IMG/VR virus record: IMGVR_UViG_3300025005_000035
Span: 1 to 25,381 of that record
DNA length: 25,381 nucleotides
Origin: a virus
Lineage: Duplodnaviria > Caudoviricetes
Direction: 5' to 3' (one strand)
In this document: piece after piece, positions 8,484 through 17,144 of the stretch
Numbering within the stretch: position 1 is the first letter of the stretch
Layout: each line of letters opens with the position of its first letter
Notes under the pieces: model-generated
The model's database searches: none
The model's input: only the letters and a program-made list of their open reading frames with translations
What the model was told of the DNA's origin: nothing
Made by a program: the position numbers and the translations under genes

Positions 8484-10939
8484 CAGCATTCTCCCCAGGA
8501 TACGGTCGAGGTCTTGATGCCTGTAGGGATTATCAAGGGATCGTCATAAGGGATCTCAATGCGGGAGTGCTTCTCCATCAAGGGGATGATGTGCGCGGCC
8601 CTGTGCGTAGGAAACTGCCCCGCGAGGGAGTCGTGGACTTGAAGAAGCACTTGTAGCTCCGGAATGTTCTTGTAGAAGGATGCCCAGATCTTGTTGATCA
8701 AGATACCTACGGTGGATTGGGGGACCCAAGCGAGGGCTTCCGGGAGCATGGCCTCGAGGCGATCGAAGATGAACCATTTGTACCCCCACTTATTCTCGAC
8801 GAAGCGATGGCGGTTGATCTGCTCAAAGGTGCGGTCGTGCCACTTTTTAATGCCTGGGTGGGCGCCGAACCAGTACTTCTGAGCCGCGTCTATTTCCTGC
8901 ACCGTTCGGCCAGTGTGAGCCGCCACGGTCTTGGCCCCGCCTCCGTAGTTCGTAGCGTGACAGAACACCTTGGCGAACTCCCTGGCGTGACGCAAGGGGT
9001 AGCGGTGCTCTTTGTACTTAGGATGGGATTCGATCAGCTCGTCAAGAGGAGGGGGCTCCCTCTTCGCAATGATGCAGGCATTAAGCAAGTGCATATCAAT
9101 GCCCTTCTTAAGGGCCTCGATCCAGTCCGCCTCTCCGGATTCGCGCACTACGATCTGAAGGTCCGCCCGATCCAAGTCCATGTCGAAGAAAGTGAAACCT
9201 TTATCAGGCACGTACATAGATTTAATGTTAGGCAGGCGGAAGTCCATGCTGCCTCGCGCAGCAGCTTTGCCAGAGGACTTGGACTTTTCAGATGGGATTG
9301 TCTGTAAGTTACCACCGCTGCCAAAAGGGTTCTTAGATGAACTGAGTCTGTATGAATACGGGGCAGATTTTCCAGCGGCATCTCCCGCGATGTTGAAGGA
9401 ACAGCGCATCCGGCCGTCTTGATCAAGAGGCATCATGACGAAGTCGCCGTAGAATTTATGAAGGGTTCGGATGTCTGCGATGGCGTTGCAGATGGGGCGG
9501 ATGAGTGGCTCCTTGGCGGCGAGCTTGGACAGGGCTTCGTCGCCGCAGGTCGGGTTCATAGCGGTGTGACCGTTGGAGACTACGCGCTTGTAGATAACTG
9601 GTTGCTTGAGGTCGTCGTAGAACAGGGCCTGCATTTGCTTCGGAGAGGCCGGGTTGACCGTGTGGCCGAGGATGTTGTAGAGGAAAGCTTCGCGGTGAGA
9701 TAGCTCTTCCTGGATGTCGAGGGCCATTTGATTCTTGGTGGCAGGATCTATGCGAACGCCTGTGATCATGGCCTTGAGCACAGGCATGAAAAGGGACTGC
9801 TGGACTTTATCAACTTCGCCAAGCCCCATGAGGGAGGCGGAGCGCAGGAGGACCTCTCCGCACTCGCGTGTGTAGATGCAGTCTTGGAGATTGTAAGTCC
9901 AGCGTTGCTCCTCGGGGACATCGGAGGCGATCTTCCCCTCGTCCTTCCAGTAGACGTACCAGTCAGCGTACATGGAGGCGATGAAGCCAAGGCCCTTGGG
10001 GAGAGCGCAGAACAGGGAGTGCTGCGTGATCATCGTATCCTGGCCGCCGTGGGGGATGAAGTGCCAATGGCGCTGGACATACTGGGCGTCGTACAGGCCG
10101 TTCTGCCAGCGAACCCGGACATTCTTGTGGGAGAGGAGGCGGTAGATGTGATAGACCACGATGCCTTCTTCCTCGGCAGACCAGTACCCTTCCGGCTTGC
10201 CGCGCGCGACGAAGGGGATACAGATGGCGTCGGTACGGGACCAGCTGAGACCGATGCAGTCGATGTGACCGTAGCGAGTCTCGATGTCGAAGTCAATCCA
10301 CAGCTCGTTCAGGGAGCGCTCAGCTTCGCAACGCAGGTGCTGGAGAGTGTTGATCGTAGTCTCAAGAGAGGGGCGGACGATGAAGTTCCACTTGGGTCGA
10401 TTGTCGTAGACCCGCGTGGTCATGTGGCGCTTAGCTCGGCGCAGGTCGTTGAGAACCACGGCGCGCTGGGGCCAGTCACGCAGGACCGTCCCAGGAGTAA
10501 GGGTGGGGATGAGCTTGGAGTTTTTATACTCAAGCAAGGATCCGCGCCACTTGGTCACGCCCCAGTGCCCGGACAGGAGCCACAAGGACAAGTTTCCCAT
10601 GGCGATGATCAGGTTCGGCTGGACCATCTCGATCTCCTCCTGCAAGGCCTTCCAGCCCTCATGGATCTGATAGGTGCAGTAGAGATTGCGCAGCAAGGAG
10701 TGGTTGGGGCTAATGTCTTTCTTCTTCAGCGCGATCCATTCGGAAAGCTGGCCCCGAGGAGGCCGCTCCTTGCAGGCGAGAGTGGTGTAGCAGTCGCTTC
10801 GCATGATGTCGACTTCATGGAGCATCCGGTTTAATTCCATGCCGGATGCTCCGTCGAACGGGACTCGGGCGTGGTCGGAGGGGAACTCCCCCACGATCAT
10901 TACCCGAGCAGGGATAGGGCCTTCGCCGTGTATTTTCAT
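8483..10939 (-). CDS. Family A DNA polymerase with N-terminal uracil-DNA-glycosylase-like domain and 3'-5' exonuclease
   Basis: MKIHGEGP..VMIVGE.P...PF.G..G (UDG family 4 fold); ExoI DIET, ExoII NGLYD, ExoIII YNLQD; RLSS..NLQTIP; motif A DLDRADLQ, motif B REFAKVFCHATNYG, motif C QVHDSL. Start placed at ATG 10939 directly after the MTase stop. Confidence 0.93.
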   Translation of the reverse strand: MKIHGEGPIPARVMIVGEFPSDHARVPFDGASGMELNRMLHEVDIMRSDCYTTLACKERPPRGQLSEWIALKKKDISPNHSLLRNLYCTYQIHEGWKALQEEIEMVQPNLIIAMGNLSLWLLSGHWGVTKWRGSLLEYKNSKLIPTLTPGTVLRDWPQRAVVLNDLRRAKRHMTTRVYDNRPKWNFIVRPSLETTINTLQHLRCEAERSLNELWIDFDIETRYGHIDCIGLSWSRTDAICIPFVARGKPEGYWSAEEEGIVVYHIYRLLSHKNVRVRWQNGLYDAQYVQRHWHFIPHGGQDTMITQHSLFCALPKGLGFIASMYADWYVYWKDEGKIASDVPEEQRWTYNLQDCIYTRECGEVLLRSASLMGLGEVDKVQQSLFMPVLKAMITGVRIDPATKNQMALDIQEELSHREAFLYNILGHTVNPASPKQMQALFYDDLKQPVIYKRVVSNGHTAMNPTCGDEALSKLAAKEPLIRPICNAIADIRTLHKFYGDFVMMPLDQDGRMRCSFNIAGDAAGKSAPYSYRLSSSKNPFGSGGNLQTIPSEKSKSSGKAAARGSMDFRLPNIKSMYVPDKGFTFFDMDLDRADLQIVVRESGEADWIEALKKGIDMHLLNACIIAKREPPPLDELIESHPKYKEHRYPLRHAREFAKVFCHATNYGGGAKTVAAHTGRTVQEIDAAQKYWFGAHPGIKKWHDRTFEQINRHRFVENKWGYKWFIFDRLEAMLPEALAWVPQSTVGILINKIWASFYKNIPELQVLLQVHDSLAGQFPTHRAAHIIPLMEKHSRIEIPYDDPLIIPTGIKTSTVSWGEC

Positions 10940-10940
10940 G

Positions 10941-12278
10941 TTACAGCCCCAGTGCCAACTCGAGCTGAGCGGAGGCTTCGAGATCCTGAATTCTCTTGAC
11001 TGCGATGCCGTAGCTGGCTGGGTCCATCTCGATGCCAGTGGCGATAAGCTTGAGCCCGTGTGCAGCGGGGAAGATTGGGCCACTCCCCATGAAAGGGTCG
11101 AAGACTGTGTTGCCGGGCAAGCACGTCCGGGTGAGCAGGTCCCGGAACAAGGCGACGGGCTTCTGCGCTGCGTGGCCGAGGTTCGCGTCTGGACCGAAGT
11201 CGAGCACATCCGGCCCCATGCGAAGGACGGGACACTTGCCCTTGACTGCGTAGAGGAGCGTTTCGTACTTGCGCTGCGGGCCACTGTCCGGCCAGGGAGC
11301 GCGCATACCTGCTCGCTTGTACCAGATCCAGGGGGTGCGGAAGACCTGCCAGCCCGCTGCGCGGAACTCATCTCGAAGATGGAAGAACCAATCAATGTCG
11401 CAGAAGCAGTACATATGAGCCTGCGCTTTGGCTAGGCGGAAGGACTCGGGGGCAAGGGTCTTGATGATAGAGAGGAAGTTATCTGCGTCGTCCTTATATC
11501 CGTGGGCTCCGGCTGCCACTCCGCCAGAATCTCCGAACTCGTCCGCTCCCATACCATAAGGGGGGTCGGTGAGGATACAATCAAATTGTTCAGCGGGAGC
11601 GCTTCGCATCCAAGCCAGGGAGTCTTCGTTAATCGCTCGGTGCATGGAGGCGCTAAAGGTCTTCCCAACCGAGATGCCCAAGTCCCTGGACTTAACCTGC
11701 GCTTCTTCCTTACGGAGGATCTTAAATGCTTCATCGACGGTTTTCGCTGCTTGGACTGCGGGATTGTCCAGGTGACGCGCAACGATAAGTTCCCGCCGCG
11801 TGTTTTCTTGATTGACGCCTTCGGCGCTGCCACGAACCTCAAAAGAGATTGCTGCAACAGTAGGAAGAGGGAGGCCTTGCGCTTCGGCCTGACGCGCGCG
11901 GAGGGAGAGTAGACGCGCATGAGCTGCAGCTCTTTCTTGCCAGGTTAAGTCAACTCGCTGGATGTTTTCGTCGAGCTCGGCCTCTTCCGCAGCAAGCGGG
12001 TCGAGGTCGGAGAGGAGCGTGTAGGGGATGGAGTTCTTGCGGACAAGCTCCCCGTCGTGCATGATCTCGCCTCCGAGGGCGTAGATGTCTGAGATGGCGC
12101 GGAGGCGGCGCTCGCCTGCGACGAGGTAGTAGTCATCTCCTACGACGCGCAGGACAATGGGGTGGAGGAGGCCTTTGGACTGGATGCCGTCAGCGAATTC
12201 GTGGAGCTTGGCGGCGTCAAAGGTCTTACGTTGGCGATCGGGGGCTACCTTGATTGCGTCTATGTGGATGAGTTTCAT
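10941..12278 (-). CDS. ParB-N domain / DNA N6-adenine or N4-cytosine methyltransferase fusion
   Basis: RQRKTF, GLLHPI, VAGERRLRA, ENIQRVDL (ParB/Spo0J boxes); TDPPYG (motif IV), H..QKP, FDPFMGSG (motif I) in beta-class order. Confidence 0.9.
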   Translation of the reverse strand: MKLIHIDAIKVAPDRQRKTFDAAKLHEFADGIQSKGLLHPIVLRVVGDDYYLVAGERRLRAISDIYALGGEIMHDGELVRKNSIPYTLLSDLDPLAAEEAELDENIQRVDLTWQERAAAHARLLSLRARQAEAQGLPLPTVAAISFEVRGSAEGVNQENTRRELIVARHLDNPAVQAAKTVDEAFKILRKEEAQVKSRDLGISVGKTFSASMHRAINEDSLAWMRSAPAEQFDCILTDPPYGMGADEFGDSGGVAAGAHGYKDDADNFLSIIKTLAPESFRLAKAQAHMYCFCDIDWFFHLRDEFRAAGWQVFRTPWIWYKRAGMRAPWPDSGPQRKYETLLYAVKGKCPVLRMGPDVLDFGPDANLGHAAQKPVALFRDLLTRTCLPGNTVFDPFMGSGPIFPAAHGLKLIATGIEMDPASYGIAVKRIQDLEASAQLELALGL

Positions 12279-12293
12279 AAGGGATGTCCATGT

Positions 12294-12325
12294 TAGCGCG
12301 AGTTATTTGCGGATAATCCGCGCAC
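12294..12325. promoter_or_regulatory. 32-bp palindromic site, copy 2 (just upstream of the ParB-MTase start)
   Basis: TAGCGCGAGTTAT-ttgcgg-ATAATCCGCGCAC. Confidence 0.65.
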
Positions 12326-12530
12326 TGTGTAGCCAGTTAAACAGTCTCCGCAGCGCGTAGGAACGGACTAGGGAGACTAGGGTGAAAATGACCCCTATGG
12401 CAATGTTACTTGACAAAGGGATCTCGATACCGAAGAGGGGGAAGATTAGGAGTTGCGCCCCTAGAGCGACGCCGTAGCCGAGGAGAACATTCACCAAGGC
12501 TTCGATGAGGGACTGGAGGCGCGACTGCAC
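12303..12530 (-). CDS. Conserved small phage membrane protein
   Basis: QSR..SLIEA..N..LGY...FT.VS..RSY..RR.FN pattern with two TM segments; GTG start. Confidence 0.8.
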   Translation of the reverse strand: MQSRLQSLIEALVNVLLGYGVALGAQLLIFPLFGIEIPLSSNIAIGVIFTLVSLVRSYALRRLFNWLHSARIIRK

Positions 12531-12535
12531 CGTGG

Positions 12536-13018
12536 TTAGCTCGGCAGGACTGCGCCAACGCGCTCTTGAATCTGGTCCTGATACAACTCATGGTTGATCT
12601 TCACGCTGACCATCTTCCCCTGCAGCTGGCGCCAGGACCACGGCACACCTGCGACGTTGGTGCCAGTCGCATCGCGGTAGTCTTTCTGGCGACGGTTTTT
12701 ACCCTTGCTGTTGTCGAGGCCACCACTTGCGTTCAGGTCGAGGAAGGCCCGGTCAGTGAGCGTGAGCTCTGGCGGGAGGCCGAGGCCTTGCACTGCCGGA
12801 GGGACCTGGATGCGCAGGGGGATAAGCATGGAGATCCACGGTTGGCCCTGACGGTCGCCCTTGCCGATGGTGCCTGAGTCGGTCTTGATCTCTCCGATCA
12901 CGGCCATGTAGAGCCCGTTGGGGTTGTCCGGATTCTCTGTGGGGAGGGGAGGACGCTTCTCGTTCGCTTCGTTGACTTGTGCGTCAAGGAATTGCTCGGG
13001 GTTGAATGCTGATGTCAT
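12536..13018 (-). CDS. Putative ssDNA-binding protein (DUF669-like OB fold)
   Basis: Beta-rich pattern GLYMAVIGEIK...LQGKMVSVKINHE; position in the Sak4/nuclease cluster; RBS AGGAG. Confidence 0.55.
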   Translation of the reverse strand: MTSAFNPEQFLDAQVNEANEKRPPLPTENPDNPNGLYMAVIGEIKTDSGTIGKGDRQGQPWISMLIPLRIQVPPAVQGLGLPPELTLTDRAFLDLNASGGLDNSKGKNRRQKDYRDATGTNVAGVPWSWRQLQGKMVSVKINHELYQDQIQERVGAVLPS

Positions 13019-13083
13019 AATGACTCCTGGTAAGGTTAAAGGACTAACAATGGGGCAGTTAGCGTCGCCCCGAACACGCTTGG

Positions 13084-13371
13084 TTAAAAGGGAATGTCGT
13101 CAGCAAGGTCGTCGAAACCGGAGGGACCAGGAGGACGTCGTTGTCTAGCGGGAGGTGGTCCTGCAAACGCAGGTACAGGCCCGAGTGGGTCTTGCCTCGG
13201 AAAGATATTCACCCAACCGTCCCAGCCAAGGCCGGGGAGAGGGATGGTGTCGATCTTTACAGAGATGCGATCTCCGTCGCGCATACCTGTGCCGATCTTG
13301 AAGTAACGGTTTTTAGCTCCGTTGACTCCGGGGATATAGGCACAGGCATCGCCGATAATTTCTTTTGCCAT
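13084..13371 (-). CDS. Small SSB-like protein with Pro-rich linker and C-terminal DDIPF tail
   Basis: KNRYFKIG...KIDTIP..WDGW core; ends FDDLADDIPF, like proteobacterial SSB tails. Confidence 0.65.
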   Translation of the reverse strand: MAKEIIGDACAYIPGVNGAKNRYFKIGTGMRDGDRISVKIDTIPLPGLGWDGWVNIFPRQDPLGPVPAFAGPPPARQRRPPGPSGFDDLADDIPF

Positions 13372-13380
13372 GAGAGGCTC

Positions 13381-13563
13381 CTATAGGTATGTAGTCTTCT
13401 TCCCGATCAGGCGGACTTGAACTTGATTCGCGTAGGACTGAAACGGGGAGCCAAGTTGCTGCATGGAGTTCTTGATCCACTCGAGCGTTTGCTTCTGGGA
13501 GTAGCCAGGAGCCTGAGGGACCTTGACCTCGACGGAGAGGGTGGTGAAGGACTTGCGGCTCAT
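13381..13563 (-). CDS. Hypothetical protein
   Basis: RBS GGAGG; fits the operon without gaps. Confidence 0.7.
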   Translation of the reverse strand: MSRKSFTTLSVEVKVPQAPGYSQKQTLEWIKNSMQQLGSPFQSYANQVQVRLIGKKTTYL

Positions 13564-13565
13564 GC

Positions 13566-14441
13566 TTAACCTCCCCGCTTTAACCAGACGTCCATGATGC
13601 TGGAGAAGTCTGGCGTAATCTTACTCTTATACCCGAGGGAGCGAGTCTTGCAGTCCACGCCATAAGCGGCGGTGTCCCAGAAGAACTTGTCACCGTCCCG
13701 AACTGTGTAGATCACGTCGGAGAACAAGGTGGGGATCTCGGTAGCCAGCGCCTTGCCGATCGCTTTGATCATGACCTTGGTGGACTGGGTGACTGGGTCA
13801 GTCTCCCTGTCTACGTGGGCAGTCATGACGAAGGGGCATTCGAGGCCCTGAGTGCAGAGGCGGAGGAAGTTCATCAGGTTAGACTGGGCGATGCCGTAGT
13901 CACCCGGCGAAGCCATTGGGCGCGAGCCGATCTGCATCTTGAACGCAGCATTGCTCAACTCGGTGAGGGAGTCAATGGCGAAGATGCGGTTGCGCGGGAA
14001 GGCGTCTACGGGGCCGAGTTCCTTTCCTGTCCGGTCGTCCTTGAAGTTCGCGCAGGAGTTCAAGATCTTCCAAAACGCGTTGTTCTCCCCGCCTCGGTTG
14101 CTGTCCGTAGACTTGGCCAAGGCTTCGTAGGAGAGCTTGCCGACGAGATCTGCAGCGTTGATGAGGGCCTTGAGGGAGATGGGTTTAGTGGCCTGCTGGT
14201 GCCAGTAGACGCACGAGGGAACTGGCTTGTTGTGATCCCTGTAGTATCCGAGCAAGGTCTCCAGTCCGTTCTCCGTGAACAGGACCGCGACTTCGAAGTT
14301 GTTCTTGTCCGCCCAGTCGCACAAGGTTCCTAAGGCGTACGTTTTACCCGTACCTCCAAGTCCCATTAAGCAGATCTTAGGGCCGAACAGGCTCTGTTGG
14401 TCTTTCGTGACCGCAGTGTCAGGGGTGAGGTTAGTTGTCAT
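13566..14441 (-). CDS. AAA_24 / Sak4-like P-loop ATPase (putative recombinase)
   Basis: Walker A GLGGTGKT, Walker B FAIDSLT, VMTAH, FSDV motifs. Confidence 0.8.
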   Translation of the reverse strand: MTTNLTPDTAVTKDQQSLFGPKICLMGLGGTGKTYALGTLCDWADKNNFEVAVLFTENGLETLLGYYRDHNKPVPSCVYWHQQATKPISLKALINAADLVGKLSYEALAKSTDSNRGGENNAFWKILNSCANFKDDRTGKELGPVDAFPRNRIFAIDSLTELSNAAFKMQIGSRPMASPGDYGIAQSNLMNFLRLCTQGLECPFVMTAHVDRETDPVTQSTKVMIKAIGKALATEIPTLFSDVIYTVRDGDKFFWDTAAYGVDCKTRSLGYKSKITPDFSSIMDVWLKRGG

Positions 14442-14628
14442 CTGATAACTCCTTTTGAATTTCGCGCGTCAAGACTTCTTCAAGGAAATCCCCGACAATA
14501 GCCTCTTTAATTACACCTTGTGGCACTGAGTATGAGCCTTTAACATTTCGGCGCATAATACAATCTTGAATCCATTCTGTTGTACCTTCATAAATAAGGA
14601 CACGGATCATACGTTGTTTCGTTGTCAT
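14431..14628 (-). CDS. Hypothetical protein
   Basis: Overlaps both neighbours; AT-richer than its flanks. Confidence 0.65.
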   Translation of the reverse strand: MTTKQRMIRVLIYEGTTEWIQDCIMRRNVKGSYSVPQGVIKEAIVGDFLEEVLTREIQKELSDDN

Positions 14629-14954
14629 TGCTTGCTTTCGTAGTGGTTAATCAGAATTTCGAACTCCCGCTGGATAAACTCCGGAGAGAACTCGTTGTGT
14701 TCGGGCGTGAAGTCGACGGTGGTCAGTGCTCCGGGGACGGACCAGACATCGCGGTGCTTGCGACACGTCGCGTAGAGGGCAAGGAAAGGACACGGCGACC
14801 CGTCTTCGTTGAGACTGATGCGACGAGCCCAGACTTCTCCGCACTGACAGCAGAAGTAGGCGCGGGATGACCAGTCGGAGCAGGAACGGAAGCTAGTTGT
14901 GCTTCGGAACTCGCCAAGGTAGGTGTCTTCCGCGATGATGTATCCGTTGGGCAT
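14625..14954 (-). CDS. Putative zinc-binding protein
   Basis: CCQCGEVW...CRKH motifs; RBS GGAG. Confidence 0.65.
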   Translation of the reverse strand: MPNGYIIAEDTYLGEFRSTTSFRSCSDWSSRAYFCCQCGEVWARRISLNEDGSPCPFLALYATCRKHRDVWSVPGALTTVDFTPEHNEFSPEFIQREFEILINHYESKQ

Positions 14955-15000
14955 AGGGACTCCGTGAGATCGGGAACGAAGAATTTAGATGACCAGCGAT

Positions 15001-15918
15001 TCATTCAATGTCTCCTAGGACAGTCTCCGTCCGCGAGACAGGGTCCCAAACACGGCGCTGGAAACGGGAGCGGAGCAGAGAGGCAGGGTCGCGCATCTGG
15101 CACACGGAAGTGAAGGGGCAGCCGCCATACTCCGCGCAAGCGTGGTCGAGGTTGTAGTCGAAGTAGCCGCTTTCCCAGGACTCGATCAGTCGCTTGGCGT
15201 CTCGGAGGAGCTGCTCATACCAGCGCTCGACGAGCCAGGCGGGACGATAGGTGATGGCCTGGAGGGTGTCGTACTTGGTTTTGAGAATGGAGACTCCTCG
15301 GACAAGGAATCCATCAAGCTTAATGCCAGCTCTTCCGGCACCCCAGACATAACCAGTGAATTGGCTACGTAGATCCCATTGACGAGGCCAGCTTGCTCCA
15401 AGTTGGCTAGTAGTTTTGTCGTCTTCACCGAGTGCCATCCCTTCATAGTTACACATCATATCCATGCGGCCACTGTACAAGATCGGGTCCCCCGTCTCTG
15501 GGTGCTTGATATCAAGGGGCTCGAGGAAGTTGAACTCGATCCCGCGCTTGCCTCCAGGGAGGGTCATGGGGATAGCCTTGTCCTCCCCGAGGCGGTAGTG
15601 GGAGAAGTAGAACTCCAGCGCTCCGGCTGTACGCTCGGCGGACTTGGCGGATTCCGGCGGGCATTGGAAGTCGCCGTATTCCTGAAGCAAGGTCTGCAGG
15701 GCAATGGCGACTGAGTCTTGCTCCGACTTGCCGTCGACGTAGTAAGCGATTCGCCCGGCTTCGATGCCGGAGGCGTAGGCCTTGCCTGCGTGAAGATGGA
15801 CGGACTGCTCGCCCGGTTTCCAGTGCTCCAGGTACTCGAGCTGGGCCTTGCGAGGGCAGGACTTGAACGTGGCCATGAGGGACGCGTCAAGGACGTTTGG
15901 GAAAGGTGGGCGGGTCAT
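15001..15918 (-). CDS. PD-(D/E)XK exonuclease, Cas4/AddB-like
   Basis: S....F..CPRK, HLHAG, GRMD...EDDKTT, Q...Y motifs and C-terminal CAEYGGCPFTSVC (1+3 Cys Fe-S pattern). Confidence 0.85.
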   Translation of the reverse strand: MTRPPFPNVLDASLMATFKSCPRKAQLEYLEHWKPGEQSVHLHAGKAYASGIEAGRIAYYVDGKSEQDSVAIALQTLLQEYGDFQCPPESAKSAERTAGALEFYFSHYRLGEDKAIPMTLPGGKRGIEFNFLEPLDIKHPETGDPILYSGRMDMMCNYEGMALGEDDKTTSQLGASWPRQWDLRSQFTGYVWGAGRAGIKLDGFLVRGVSILKTKYDTLQAITYRPAWLVERWYEQLLRDAKRLIESWESGYFDYNLDHACAEYGGCPFTSVCQMRDPASLLRSRFQRRVWDPVSRTETVLGDIE

Positions 15919-16181
15919 ACGATTTCCTTGGATATGTAATCTCGCGCAGGCTTGTTGAGCATGGCGAGGGGCTTGGCAATGACAAAGACGTTGCGGCGTT
16001 GGAAGTAGCTGTCCGTGAAACAGTGGAGGATTCTTTGCCTAGGGGCAAGGGGAGTCTCGAGACCCTCCTCGCTTCCACAAGCGTTGAAGACCCAACAGTC
16101 TCCCTCCTCCCACAGGTCGCCCCAAAATTGGTAGTCTGCGGTGATGGACAGGCCGCAGCCTGTGATTATTACCTTCGCCAC
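15915..16181 (-). CDS. Hypothetical protein
   Basis: GTG start right after the upstream stop; ATGA overlap downstream. Confidence 0.6.
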   Translation of the reverse strand: MAKVIITGCGLSITADYQFWGDLWEEGDCWVFNACGSEEGLETPLAPRQRILHCFTDSYFQRRNVFVIAKPLAMLNKPARDYISKEIV

Positions 16182-16183
16182 GA

Positions 16184-16471
16184 TTAGCTTGTGTAGGTAA
16201 GGGACAGCAGGTTCGCGCGGCGTTGCTCGATTTCGCGGACTTCCTTATACGCCTCCGCCTGAATCTCGGCCTCGCGAGTTTTGAGCTTTTCCAGGGCTGG
16301 CTGGATGCACTTGGCGGGCGGAGGCAGGTCGAACTCTACCTCAGTCAGGAACAAGGAATTGGTCGGCGCCTCCGAGTCCTCTTCCCGCACGATGTAGTAC
16401 CAGCTGTAAAGAGGCCTGCCAAGGGCAATGGATTCTGCGCCTTCCGGCGACAGGTATAATTTCAATTTCAT
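16184..16471 (-). CDS. Hypothetical protein with C-terminal coiled coil
   Basis: RBS AGGAGAG; helical C-terminus. Confidence 0.7.
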   Translation of the reverse strand: MKLKLYLSPEGAESIALGRPLYSWYYIVREEDSEAPTNSLFLTEVEFDLPPPAKCIQPALEKLKTREAEIQAEAYKEVREIEQRRANLLSLTYTS

Positions 16472-16522
16472 CTCACTCTCCTAGGTTACTCACTGGTGAA
16501 CTGCACCAGCAACAGGTATTGG

Positions 16523-16756
16523 TTACAGACCCTCAAGCTCGCTCAGCAGGTCGTCCGAGTTAGCGATCACGGTCTTCTTTTTCCCTGCGGCGGAAGCGCG
16601 CTTGGTGGCGGAAGCAGCTGCGGCAGCCGTCATCCGACCAGCCCGGAGGAATATGATCGCCTCCTTCATCTCGTCGAGGGTTAATGTTCCCTCGGCCGCG
16701 CGGAGTCGCCATCCAGCGATCTTGGACTGAAGTTCTAAAGGTACGGGAGTGCTCAT
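16523..16756 (-). CDS. Hypothetical protein
   Basis: RBS GAGG; Ala/Lys linker and acidic amphipathic end DDLLSELEGL. Confidence 0.75.
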   Translation of the reverse strand: MSTPVPLELQSKIAGWRLRAAEGTLTLDEMKEAIIFLRAGRMTAAAAASATKRASAAGKKKTVIANSDDLLSELEGL

Positions 16757-16875
16757 GTTAGCCTCATTGGTTGGGTGATAGATACGGGGTTGAAGGCGCG
16801 GTATAGGCGCTCAGCCAGCCAGGTGCCTGCGCAGAAGCAGACGAGGACACAGGTGATAGCGATCAGGGCCTTCAT
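16753..16875 (-). CDS. 40-aa membrane microprotein (not in ORF track)
   Basis: MKALIAITCVLVCFCAGTWLAERLYRAFNPVSITQPMRLT*; ATGA overlaps at both ends fill the gap exactly. Confidence 0.65.
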   Translation of the reverse strand: MKALIAITCVLVCFCAGTWLAERLYRAFNPVSITQPMRLT

Positions 16876-17144
16876 GCTTCGAGCCTTCGCGTCAGGGCGA
16901 TGATCGCCTCGGGGGTGCCAGTGACCTGGAGCGTACCCGGCTCACTGCCGACGTAGGGGGCCAAGTCAAGAGCTTGCTCTGCGAAATGGACCTGAAGGAG
17001 GTCGATCAGGAAGCGCGAGTACGCTCCATGAGGGACGCGGCCTTCAAGGTCGGAGTACAGATGCGCAGCGAGGCGCGTCATCAAGGGAAGGGGCAAGGCT
17101 ACGTTGAGCTGCTTCGACGGGATGAGGTTAGGGGTTTTAGCCAC
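16872..17144 (-). CDS. Putative ribbon-helix-helix DNA-binding protein
   Basis: KQLNVAL strand, P..LMTRL helix, YSRFLIDLL second helix; RBS AAGGAG. Confidence 0.5.
   Translation of the reverse strand: MAKTPNLIPSKQLNVALPLPLMTRLAAHLYSDLEGRVPHGAYSRFLIDLLQVHFAEQALDLAPYVGSEPGTLQVTGTPEAIIALTRRLEA

Noticed and set aside
10940-11395. 152-aa N-terminal extension of the polymerase ORF in the ORF track
   Set aside because: It overlaps the MTase catalytic region in another frame and reads as low-information sequence; homology starts at ATG 10939 right after the MTase stop.
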